Positions 8,916 through 17,361 of a stretch of 64,000 bases of DNA are shown here, piece after piece (position 1 is the stretch's first letter; each line of letters opens with the position of its first letter). The stretch lies in contig JBBRLY010000012.1 in the NCBI GenBank assembly GCA_038231155.1, positions 128,645-192,644 of the forward strand, in the 5' to 3' direction. Made by a program: the position numbers and the translations under genes. The DNA comes from Candidatus Saccharimonadales bacterium. Its GTDB lineage: Bacteria; Patescibacteriota; Saccharimonadia; Saccharimonadales; JANWIN01. The notes below the pieces were generated by a model, which made no database searches, had not been told where the DNA came from, and saw only the letters and a program-made list of their open reading frames with translations.

Positions 8916-9365
8916 ATGACAGATGTTATTGACCAACAATTTGAACAGTACCGGCGGATGGCTGAGCAACAGCATCCGGAAGTACTGCCAGTATGTGTTC
9001 AAACGCTTCACTCAGCTATGGATAGTGCCTTGCAAAAAATAGCTGCTTTAGAAGCCCCGGCTGCAAAAAGTCTATATAAGAGAATTGGTATAACGGCCAC
9101 GATTACGGCGGTTGCACTTTATGATGTTTTACCTTTTGGTCAGGTTACGCATAATCAAAACTTAGCAATAATTACAGCTGGAACCGGCTTTGTAGTAATG
9201 GTAGGTCAGGCAGCCTTCGATTCTGCTAAAAAAATGAGAGACCAAAGCAGTAGATATGAGTTAATGAGCGAATACTTTCAGGTGAGGGATTTATATGACA
9301 GCGCCCACGAACGGGCCGTTGAAATGGGTGTAGTAACTCCACCAACGCAAGAAGGCCAAATATGA
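8916..9365 (+). CDS. Hypothetical membrane protein
   Basis: Two hydrophobic segments (ITATITAVALYDVLPF, LAIITAGTGFVVMVGQAAF). A TGcTATAAT box lies 10 nt upstream of the ATG. Confidence 0.5.
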   Translation: MTDVIDQQFEQYRRMAEQQHPEVLPVCVQTLHSAMDSALQKIAALEAPAAKSLYKRIGITATITAVALYDVLPFGQVTHNQNLAIITAGTGFVVMVGQAAFDSAKKMRDQSSRYELMSEYFQVRDLYDSAHERAVEMGVVTPPTQEGQI

Positions 9366-9931
9366 AAATAATCGGGATATCAGGTACAAATGGCTCAGGC
9401 AAGGACACCCTAGGTGAAGTTTTAGCTAAAAAACATGACTGGTTGTTTGTATCAGGAGCAGATTTTTTACGTGAGGAAGCTAGAAAAAGAAACTTGCCAA
9501 TTGAGCGCGAAGTTCTGAGAACTATTAGTGCCGAATGGCGCCGTACATATGGTCTTGGGGTCTTGGTAGATAAAGGCGTTGAACTATTCAATAAATCTGA
9601 TGGTAAATACAAAGGTTTAATCATAAGCCCAATGCGTAATCCTGGTGAAGCCCAACATGTTAAAGATTTAGGTGGAGTGCTGATATGGATAGATGCTAAT
9701 CCTGAAATAAGATACCAAAGAATTATTAAACGGCAGCGCAGCACAGAAGATCGAAAAACATTTAAGCAATTTTTAATGGAAGAAAAAGCCGAAATGCAAC
9801 CAAGTAAGCCTGGCGATGCAGCAACACTGAATATGTCAGCTGTAAAAGATAAGGCCACTATTTTTATTAATAATAACGGTAAAGAAGTTGATAAATATAT
9901 ATCAGAAGCAGAAATTGCCTTAGGACTTTAG
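9362..9931 (+). CDS. P-loop nucleotide kinase (dNMP-kinase/CoaE-like)
   Basis: An N-terminal Walker A (KIIGISGTNGSGKDTLGEVL) and a size of 189 aa fit small nucleotide kinases. The substrate is unknown. Confidence 0.55.
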   Translation: MKIIGISGTNGSGKDTLGEVLAKKHDWLFVSGADFLREEARKRNLPIEREVLRTISAEWRRTYGLGVLVDKGVELFNKSDGKYKGLIISPMRNPGEAQHVKDLGGVLIWIDANPEIRYQRIIKRQRSTEDRKTFKQFLMEEKAEMQPSKPGDAATLNMSAVKDKATIFINNNGKEVDKYISEAEIALGL

Positions 9932-9946
9932 TTATTCTGCTTATGC

Positions 9947-9974
9947 TTGCACGCTCAAAGTTAATATGTACAAT
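9947..9974 (+). promoter_or_regulatory. Putative promoter of sigma paralog A (TTGCAC-16-TACAAT)
   Basis: Its sequence and spacing are conserved with 11738-11765 upstream of paralog B. It is preceded by TTATGC (motif TTATGCTTGCA at 9941-9951). Confidence 0.45.
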
Positions 9975-10004
9975 AGCTTCAATCAATAACTGATTAGGTT
10001 TGAT

Positions 10005-11450
10005 ATGACACTTGATACTGAAGTTAGTCCAGAAATTTTAAGTCCAGAATATTATGCTGATCATAGTAGAAACTTTATGCGCAAAATTTTTAGCGGTCCA
10101 CGTTTTGATCAAATTGATGAGCTTGATCTGGATCATTTAAAATATGCTGCAAATGTTTTAGCCGAAGTCTACATTGGGTTTGATCAACCCCATAAACCTC
10201 AAGAACAAATCGTTGATGAAGCAGCTATGATATGGCAACGTCTAAATGGCTATAACCCTTATCAAATTTCTCAAAACTTTAATCTAAATGGTGTAGCTGA
10301 AGCAACTTCCAAGTTAAATTATTTAGCTAGAGTATTTAGTATAAGTTTACCCAAATCTGAACTAACCCAACTATTAGGTAATCTGATAGAAGTTCCATTT
10401 GAGAAACTGTCTGAAGCAGCCCAATCGGTCGGACCACTTGCTGTTCGACAGGCTTTAGAGGAAAAAGATAATTCACCAGAAAGTACCAGCAAAGTTAAAA
10501 AGACCAGACAAGAATTCTATAAATCTAATGACTCAGGTGCAGGTGAGGATTTAGTAAGAATGTATCTTGATGAAATCGGTACAATTCCTTTACTAACCAA
10601 AGACGATGAAGTTAAACTAGCACAAGCAATTGAAAAAGGCATAGCCGCCAATGAACTTTTGAAACTAGATGACCATTTATCTTCAATCAGACGACGACAA
10701 CTCCATCGTGAATCACTTCAAGGTGAGGAAGCTCATAGACAATTTGTAAATTCTAATTTACGTTTGGTAGTATCTATTGCCAAAAAATACCAATCTTCAG
10801 GGTTACCGTTGCTTGACCTGATACAAGAAGGCAATTTGGGACTAATTCACGCTGTTGATAAGTTCGATTGGCAAAAAGGATTTAAATTCAGTACCTATGC
10901 CACCTGGTGGGTTCGTCAATCAATACAACGAGGTATCTCAAACACCGACCGAATCATTAGATTACCGGTTCATGCCCATGATAAAATCGCTAAAATAAAG
11001 AAAGCTTCTAACAGTCTGGTTGAAAACCTAGGTAGAGAACCAACTATTTACGAGATTGCTAATCTATTAGAACTGGAAGCCGATCAGGTAGCAGACATGC
11101 TAGGCTATGCTCGCGAAACAGCATCTTTAAATGAACCAATTAGTGATGAAGGACCAACGGAGTTAGGTGAGAACGTTGAAGATCACGACGCTATTGCAAG
11201 TCTGAATGATGCCTTAACTACATTAGACATGAAAGATGTAGTACCAAAGATGCTGGATGTGTTAGATGAACGAGAGAGACAGATTCTAGTGTTAAGGTTT
11301 GGTATAGATGGTTGTGGTGAGCGGGAACTTTCGGAAATAGCTGAAGTACTTCACACCACTAGACAGAATATTAACCAATTAATGAATAGAGCTTTTGACA
11401 AACTACGTCATCCATCCAATGATGTTGGGGCACAGGAAATACTAACTTAA
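10005..11450 (+). CDS. Sigma-70 family factor (paralog A) with unrecognised ~185-aa N-terminal domain
   Basis: Regions 1.2-4 are present: [54 protein letters not shown]. The region 4.2 helix is divergent (TRQNINQLMNRAFDKLRHPSN). Confidence 0.9.
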   Translation: MTLDTEVSPEILSPEYYADHSRNFMRKIFSGPRFDQIDELDLDHLKYAANVLAEVYIGFDQPHKPQEQIVDEAAMIWQRLNGYNPYQISQNFNLNGVAEATSKLNYLARVFSISLPKSELTQLLGNLIEVPFEKLSEAAQSVGPLAVRQALEEKDNSPESTSKVKKTRQEFYKSNDSGAGEDLVRMYLDEIGTIPLLTKDDEVKLAQAIEKGIAANELLKLDDHLSSIRRRQLHRESLQGEEAHRQFVNSNLRLVVSIAKKYQSSGLPLLDLIQEGNLGLIHAVDKFDWQKGFKFSTYATWWVRQSIQRGISNTDRIIRLPVHAHDKIAKIKKASNSLVENLGREPTIYEIANLLELEADQVADMLGYARETASLNEPISDEGPTELGENVEDHDAIASLNDALTTLDMKDVVPKMLDVLDERERQILVLRFGIDGCGERELSEIAEVLHTTRQNINQLMNRAFDKLRHPSNDVGAQEILT

Positions 11451-11519
11451 CTAAATATCTAAGCTTACTTTTTATCTCATCAACTTAGGTTAAAGAGATT
11501 ATTAATAGAGGCTAGAAGG

Positions 11520-11607
11520 CAAGGTATAATGCCTTGAGAATTGGCAGTTGGCGACGTGACGAGTTTATTAGGCATAATGCCATTTTTTTGCAGGTAACAA
11601 TGGCATT
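11520..11607 (+). pseudogene. Relic copy of the promoter and 5' end of the flippase gene
   Basis: Aligns with 13323-13411 (CAAGGTATAATGCC...AGGCATAATGCCATTTTTTTGC.GG.AACA.TGGCATT), about three-quarters identical by eye. It has no open frame and contains in-frame stops. Confidence 0.7.
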
Positions 11608-11737
11608 ACTTATACGGTAATTGATAACAATTCAACATTTTAGGAATTTTGAGTAAATTTCTAAAGCAGCGTTGGATTAACCGGTAAGTAGAAATAATTA
11701 AATACTTTAATTAGATTACTAATAATTATGCTTGTGC

Positions 11738-11765
11738 TTGCAGACTATTAGTTAAGGCATACAAT
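11738..11765 (+). promoter_or_regulatory. Putative promoter of sigma paralog B (TTGCAG-16-TACAAT)
   Basis: Same architecture as 9947-9974. An AAGGA Shine-Dalgarno sequence precedes the ATG at 11796. Confidence 0.45.
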
Positions 11766-11795
11766 AGCCTATTACGAATAAGTGTAAGGAATAAA

Positions 11796-13265
11796 ATGAT
11801 AGATGATATGGACAAAGCTCCGGAGAATTTAAATCAGCCATTTGATACTGAGCCAGGTATCGATTTTATGAAGAATATATTTGGCGGAAATTTGTATGAT
11901 CAAATTGATGAATTTGATATGGACCATTTAGTATATGCAGCTGATGTTTTAGCTGAAACTTATTTAGGTTTTGATCAATCAAATAAATCTTTAGAACAAG
12001 TTATAGAAAATGCGGCCATAATTTGGCGGCGTATGAGGGGATTTAACACATACCAAATAATTGAGAGATTTAACATGTCCAGCATGCCAGCCGGTAACTC
12101 GACACTTAAACGAATAGCTAGAACTTTTAAGGTATATTTGACCAGGTCGGAGCTTAATCAGTTGTTTGATAATTTAGTGGAGGGACCAATAGACAATTCG
12201 GTTGACAGTCCCAGTTCAGCCGGAGCATTAGCGGTTTATCAAAGTATCGATTATAAAAACTATCAGGCTTCAACTAGGGAAACTCCAAAGTCTAAATCTA
12301 ATAAAGCTAAATCTAGTTTAGAGTACAATAACGATTCTAAAGTTAGTGCCGATGAGAATCTATTAAGATTGTATTTAGATGAAATCGGCAAAGTCCCATT
12401 GCTCACAAAACAAGATGAGGTTAGTTTAGCTCAAGCTATTGAGGCCGGCAAAGCCGCTCAGTCAAGACTAGAGGTTGAAGAGGGTTTGACTAAAGTTGAT
12501 CGTCAAGAGTGTCAAGAGTTGATAAGTGAGGGGTTAAGAGCCCATCGAAAATTTGTTGAGTCTAATCTACTTTTGGTAGTATCAATTGCTAAGAAATACA
12601 ATTCCAAGGGTTTACCACCACTCGATTTGATCCAGGAAGGTAATCTGGGGTTAATTCGCGCAGTTGATAAATTCGATTGGCAAAAAGGCTTTAAGTTTTC
12701 TACTTATGCTACTTGGTGGATCCGTCAGTTTATAAGACGAGGGATTGCCGAATCGGCTCGGACAATTAGAATGCCAGTTCACGCCCTTGAAAGTCTTGGC
12801 ACGATTGCCATGGCGACTAATGATTTAGCAGTTGAGATGGGCCGCAAACCGACCATTTCTGAAATAGCCCTGCGAGTCGGTTTGAAAGAACAAAAAGTTG
12901 AGGAATTGATGGCTTTACCCGATGATACCATCTCATTAAATAAATATATATTTGAAGGTGAAGGATTAGAAATGAGTGAGATAATTGAAGATCCTGTATC
13001 AAGTGAAGCTTTTGATAATAAACTGGGTGAGTATGCAATGGGAAAAATGACCGATTTTCTCATGACTATCTTAGACGACAAGGAAAGAAGGATTTTAGAA
13101 CTGCGCTATGGAATTGATGGTGGTGGTGTCCGTACTTTGGAACAAGTCGGTGAAGAGTTTCATGTAACCCGAGAGCGAATACGGCAGATCCAGGCCAAAG
13201 CAGAGGACAAACTGCGTCATCCATCAAATGCTCTCAACGTCAGAGATATCCTAGGCAAAAACTAA
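11796..13265 (+). CDS. Sigma-70 family factor (paralog B) with the same N-terminal domain
   Basis: [35 protein letters not shown] and [19 protein letters not shown] are present. Region 4.2 is canonical ([32 protein letters not shown]). The N terminus is collinear with paralog A. Confidence 0.9.
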   Translation: MIDDMDKAPENLNQPFDTEPGIDFMKNIFGGNLYDQIDEFDMDHLVYAADVLAETYLGFDQSNKSLEQVIENAAIIWRRMRGFNTYQIIERFNMSSMPAGNSTLKRIARTFKVYLTRSELNQLFDNLVEGPIDNSVDSPSSAGALAVYQSIDYKNYQASTRETPKSKSNKAKSSLEYNNDSKVSADENLLRLYLDEIGKVPLLTKQDEVSLAQAIEAGKAAQSRLEVEEGLTKVDRQECQELISEGLRAHRKFVESNLLLVVSIAKKYNSKGLPPLDLIQEGNLGLIRAVDKFDWQKGFKFSTYATWWIRQFIRRGIAESARTIRMPVHALESLGTIAMATNDLAVEMGRKPTISEIALRVGLKEQKVEELMALPDDTISLNKYIFEGEGLEMSEIIEDPVSSEAFDNKLGEYAMGKMTDFLMTILDDKERRILELRYGIDGGGVRTLEQVGEEFHVTRERIRQIQAKAEDKLRHPSNALNVRDILGKN

Positions 13266-13339
13266 ATGATCAACTCTTTTTGGATTGTTGATCAATATTA
13301 CGCAGCATTGTCTGTTTTTAGACAAGGTATAATGCCTGA

Positions 13340-14590
13340 GTGATTGCTAAGTGGAGAAAAGACGATTTTATAAGGCATAATGCCATTTTTTTTGCGGGCA
13401 ACACTGGCATTGGTTTTTTAAATTATTTGTTTTATCCAGTACTTGGGCGACTACTGCAACCGGCATACTTTGGTGAAGTTCAAACGCTGTTCTCACTATT
13501 TTCGCATATCGGGGCTTTTATGGGTGTGTTTGGCATGGTTGCCGTTAATATAGTGGCTAATCAAAAACATACAAAAAGTAGCAATACATTAGTTCTGGAA
13601 CTAGAAAAACTAACTTTCTTGATATCTATCGTATTATTTTTACTGCTACTTTTAACGCTTAGACCAGTTGCTAACTTCTTTCATTTTGGATCTGTTTATC
13701 CGTTCTTGGGTGTAGCAATAGCCATGATAATTGGGGTGCCGATTACTTTCCGAAGGGCTATTTTACAGGGGCTCCACAAATTTACTGACATCAGTATAGC
13801 TGGTCTGATCGGTGCGATTGGCAAATTAGTATTTGCCGTAATAGCAGTGGTTTTAGGTTATAAAACTGGTGGGACAATTACTGCTATCGTTATAACTCAG
13901 ATAATTTCTCTTATATATATAGAATGGCGACTACGCCTCAGTTCTTATGATTTCGGCGGCCAAACTCGAATTTGGTCTTGGCCTAATTTTGATCTTATTA
14001 CACCTGAACTTAAATACGCCGGACTGGTGTTAAGCGTATCTTTAATAATTGCTATTCAATTCACTTTGGATATATTGGCGGTTAAGCACTACTTTCCACC
14101 AGTGCAAGCTGGGCTATATGCTGGTATATCAACAGTATCCAATGTACTTTTCTTTCTAACTGGTTCAATTAGCGGAGTTTTACTGGCCAGTGTCAGACTA
14201 GGCCAAGGGGGAGCTAATTATATACTACTAAAGCGGTCTTTTAAGTTAGTTATAGGCCTTGGTGGCGCTACCTTACTTGTTTTTGTACTATTTCCTAGCA
14301 CCGTTATTCATATATTACTGGGATATAAATATTTACCAGCGGCCCATTATCTACCGACTATCAGTCTGGCGATGTTCATAGTTTCACTAGCTAACCTCTG
14401 TTATATCTACTTTATGGCCAAACGACGCTATATTATCAGCGTGCTAACTATAATCGGGGCTTTAACTACTTACATACTTATGCTTGCTAACCACGGTAGT
14501 ATTCAAGCTATAATTAATAATGTAATTGTCGGTAGTGTAATCATGCTGGCACTTGTGGTGGGCTACGGTTTTATCAGCCAATCCAATTGA
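13340..14590 (+). CDS. Wzx-like polysaccharide flippase (MOP superfamily)
   Basis: 416 aa with about 12 hydrophobic segments. The N terminus IRHNAIFFAGNTGIGFLNYLFYPVLGRLL is typical of polysaccharide biosynthesis (Wzx) proteins. A GTG start lies 6 nt after TATAAT (13328-13333). Confidence 0.7.
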   Translation: MIAKWRKDDFIRHNAIFFAGNTGIGFLNYLFYPVLGRLLQPAYFGEVQTLFSLFSHIGAFMGVFGMVAVNIVANQKHTKSSNTLVLELEKLTFLISIVLFLLLLLTLRPVANFFHFGSVYPFLGVAIAMIIGVPITFRRAILQGLHKFTDISIAGLIGAIGKLVFAVIAVVLGYKTGGTITAIVITQIISLIYIEWRLRLSSYDFGGQTRIWSWPNFDLITPELKYAGLVLSVSLIIAIQFTLDILAVKHYFPPVQAGLYAGISTVSNVLFFLTGSISGVLLASVRLGQGGANYILLKRSFKLVIGLGGATLLVFVLFPSTVIHILLGYKYLPAAHYLPTISLAMFIVSLANLCYIYFMAKRRYIISVLTIIGALTTYILMLANHGSIQAIINNVIVGSVIMLALVVGYGFISQSN

Positions 14591-14609
14591 TTAAAGGAGA
14601 GGAGGATAT

Positions 14610-15548
14610 ATGGAGTCCAATTTGATATCGGTAGTGGTGCCGGTTCATGATGAGGCTGAAAATATACCTTCTTTAGTTACTAAAATAGAACAAGCCTTAT
14701 TGAAAGTAGTCCAAACATTTGAAATTATCTTTGTTGACGATGGCAGTAGCGATGATTCACTTGGCATTATTAAAGCACTAGCTGAGAGTAATAAAAACAT
14801 TAAATACGTTGGTCTTACCCGTAACTTTGGTAAAGAACGGGCTATGACCGCTGGTCTACGCCGGTCTAAGGGTCAAGCCGCCATAATGATGGATGCCGAT
14901 CATCAACACCCACCACGTTTATTGCCAGAGTTTATTAAGTTATGGCAAGAAGGAGCTGAGGTAGTAATTGGTCTACGCAAAGGATCTGAAAAAAATGGAG
15001 CCTTTCGGGGACTGGCTTCCAAAACTTTTAATAATGGCTTAAGCCGTTTTAGCCACCAAGCTATCATTCCATATGCTACAGATTTTAGATTGCTTGACCG
15101 TAAAGTTATAGATGAGTTTAACCAGTTTACGGAGCGTAATCGATTAACAAGAGGACTTATAGACTGGCTAGGCTTTAAGTATAGTTTTATTGAATTTAAG
15201 GCAGAACCAAGGCTAAAAGGTAGTAGTTTATCAAAGCGTAAGTTGATGCAGTTAGCCGTTCACAGTTATGTATCTCATTCATTATTTCCCCTTAAAGTGG
15301 CAGGCTATCTTGGTGCTTTCATGACCTTATTAGCTGGAATCTTTGGTGTGTTTATTATAATTGAGCGATATATATTAAGTGATCCTTACAATCTCCATTT
15401 CAGCGGTCCGGCTATTTTAGCAACTATTTTGGTGTTTATGGTAGGTATAGTGCTAGTTAGCCTTGGGCTAGTTGCCTTATATGTTGCCAATATACATGAC
15501 GAAGTTATTAATCGGCCCTTATACGTAGTCAGGGAAGAGTCGGAGTGA
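14610..15548 (+). CDS. GT2 polyprenyl-phosphate glycosyltransferase (GtrB/CsbB/DPM1-like)
   Basis: ISVVVPVHDEAENI, IFVDDGSSDDS and MDADHQHPP form a GT-A DXD-type core. Two C-terminal TM helices are characteristic of GtrB-like enzymes. A strong Shine-Dalgarno sequence (AAAGGAGAGGAGG) is present. Confidence 0.85.
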   Translation: MESNLISVVVPVHDEAENIPSLVTKIEQALLKVVQTFEIIFVDDGSSDDSLGIIKALAESNKNIKYVGLTRNFGKERAMTAGLRRSKGQAAIMMDADHQHPPRLLPEFIKLWQEGAEVVIGLRKGSEKNGAFRGLASKTFNNGLSRFSHQAIIPYATDFRLLDRKVIDEFNQFTERNRLTRGLIDWLGFKYSFIEFKAEPRLKGSSLSKRKLMQLAVHSYVSHSLFPLKVAGYLGAFMTLLAGIFGVFIIIERYILSDPYNLHFSGPAILATILVFMVGIVLVSLGLVALYVANIHDEVINRPLYVVREESE

Positions 15549-16642
15549 ATATAGTATGGTTTACTTGGAAAGATTTAGATCATCCCTTGGCGGGAGGAGC
15601 TGAAGTGGTTAATCAGGAATTGGCTAAAAGATTAGTAGCTGATGGCCACCAGGTTAAATTTATAGTTGGTGGCTTTAACGGTTCCAAGCCAACAAAAAAT
15701 AAAGATGGATACCAGATAAATCGGGTAGGTGGAAGAGTGAGCGTTTACTATAAGGCCTGGCGATTTTATAAGCAACAGAACTTACAGCAATGGACTGATC
15801 TAGTTATCGACGAAGTTAACACTGTCCCTTTTTTTGCAAAGTTTTATAGCAAACGAACAACTATTTTGTTCATTCATCAACTTGCTCGCCAGATATGGTT
15901 CTATGAATTACCTAAACCAATTGGCTTTATTGGTTACATTCTTGAACCACTTTATTTAAGGATATTATCAAATCAAAAAGTTATTACTGTGTCCAAAAGC
16001 ACAAAAAAGGATCTGATAGTTCACGGCTTTAAATTAGGTAATATAAAAATCATTTCGGAGGGCTTGCAAATTAAACCGATCACTAAACTTAATTCAAAAC
16101 CATCAATACCAACCATCATATCGCTAGGGGCTATCAAACCTATGAAACGCACTATCGATCAAATTAAAGCTTTTGAGTTAGCCAAAACTAAAATACCTAA
16201 ACTAAAACTAGTGATAGCTGGCGCGCTGGAAGGTAGTTATGGCCAAAAGGTAATAAAATATACAAACAAAAGTCCTTATAAAGTCGATATAAAGTATTTA
16301 GGTAAAATCGGCATTAATCAAATGGTAAAACTACTGCAATCAAGTCATGTAATTGTTTCTACTAGTATTAAAGAAGGCTGGGGGTTAACTATCACAGAAG
16401 CTGCCAGCCAAGGCACACCGGCTGTAGTTTATGATGTTGACGGTTTACGCGATAGTGTAAGAAATAATTGGTCAGGATGTATTGTTTCTAACAGTCAAAT
16501 TCAAGAGTTAACTGAGAAAATAGAAAAGTTATTAAGAGATACTAAGTTTTATAACAAACTTCGTAAAAACGGGTGGCAGTGGAGCAAACAGATAAACTTT
16601 GATTTAAGCTACGCTCAGTTTAAGAAGGCAATAAGCTTATGA
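15545..16642 (+). CDS. GT4 (GT-B fold) glycosyltransferase
   Basis: The start reads DHPLAGGAEVVNQELAKRLVADGHQV. The C-terminal EGWGLTITEAASQGTPAVVYDVDGLRDSV matches the E-x7-E-type GT4 motif. Confidence 0.85.
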   Translation: MNIVWFTWKDLDHPLAGGAEVVNQELAKRLVADGHQVKFIVGGFNGSKPTKNKDGYQINRVGGRVSVYYKAWRFYKQQNLQQWTDLVIDEVNTVPFFAKFYSKRTTILFIHQLARQIWFYELPKPIGFIGYILEPLYLRILSNQKVITVSKSTKKDLIVHGFKLGNIKIISEGLQIKPITKLNSKPSIPTIISLGAIKPMKRTIDQIKAFELAKTKIPKLKLVIAGALEGSYGQKVIKYTNKSPYKVDIKYLGKIGINQMVKLLQSSHVIVSTSIKEGWGLTITEAASQGTPAVVYDVDGLRDSVRNNWSGCIVSNSQIQELTEKIEKLLRDTKFYNKLRKNGWQWSKQINFDLSYAQFKKAISL

Positions 16643-17361
16643 ATCAACTACCTGAGCTTGAGTTTAGTCGATTATATTCTCCAAATGATGCGAGAAGGAT
16701 AACAGATACACTTGACCATTTATTGCCACATCTTACAGTTGAAGATATCGTTTTAGTAGGAGGGTTAGCAATTAGGTATCACGTAATAAATGGAGGCCAA
16801 GATTACCCCCGAGGTAAAGTAGGTGACTTAGATATAATTGCAAAAGATGTTTCTGCTATACATTCAGATACTCACGAAGAATTCTTAATTGCGCACTACC
16901 ATCCACAGGATAGTTATTTAGCCATTGTAGACCCACAAACAAGAGTTAAAGTAGATATTTTTGACTGGAGCAGGCCACCGTATAAACCTGAAGCAGTGCG
17001 CTTTGACGAATGGATTGTTCAGTTACGAAGTGCCGAAGATCAACTAGCTGTAATAGCAAGTGATCTTCAAAAAGTGTTTCATGATATTAAAGTTGACCCT
17101 AAACAATTTAGTGATGCACAGGCATTGTTAACAATAGCTGATCCGGAAGGTGCTCAAAAAAGTTGGAGTGCTCTAAATGAAGGATCAATGGTTAAAGCTA
17201 TAGATAATGCCGAGGAACAAGCTAAAAAAAGACCAGACTTACTACAAAAAAATCCCTTTAGAACCTATAAACCCTACTGCAATGAATGCAAAGATACAGA
17301 TACATATCCGCTAACACCTCTACTTAAAATTGCTGCAGTATTTCAGTTGGAAACCACATGA
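16639..17361 (+). CDS. Hypothetical protein, possibly nucleotidyltransferase fold
   Basis: VGGLAIRYHV...GKVGDLDIIAKD resembles the G-[GS]...D-x-D pattern of Pol-beta-type nucleotidyltransferases. Evidence is weak. The gene is translationally coupled within the glycan cluster. Confidence 0.35.
   Translation: MNQLPELEFSRLYSPNDARRITDTLDHLLPHLTVEDIVLVGGLAIRYHVINGGQDYPRGKVGDLDIIAKDVSAIHSDTHEEFLIAHYHPQDSYLAIVDPQTRVKVDIFDWSRPPYKPEAVRFDEWIVQLRSAEDQLAVIASDLQKVFHDIKVDPKQFSDAQALLTIADPEGAQKSWSALNEGSMVKAIDNAEEQAKKRPDLLQKNPFRTYKPYCNECKDTDTYPLTPLLKIAAVFQLETT

Noticed and set aside
13267-13294. Hairpin TGATCAAC...GTTGATCA after sigma paralog B as an intrinsic terminator
   Set aside because: It has an 8-bp stem but a 12-nt loop and no downstream U-run, so it is a weak terminator candidate.
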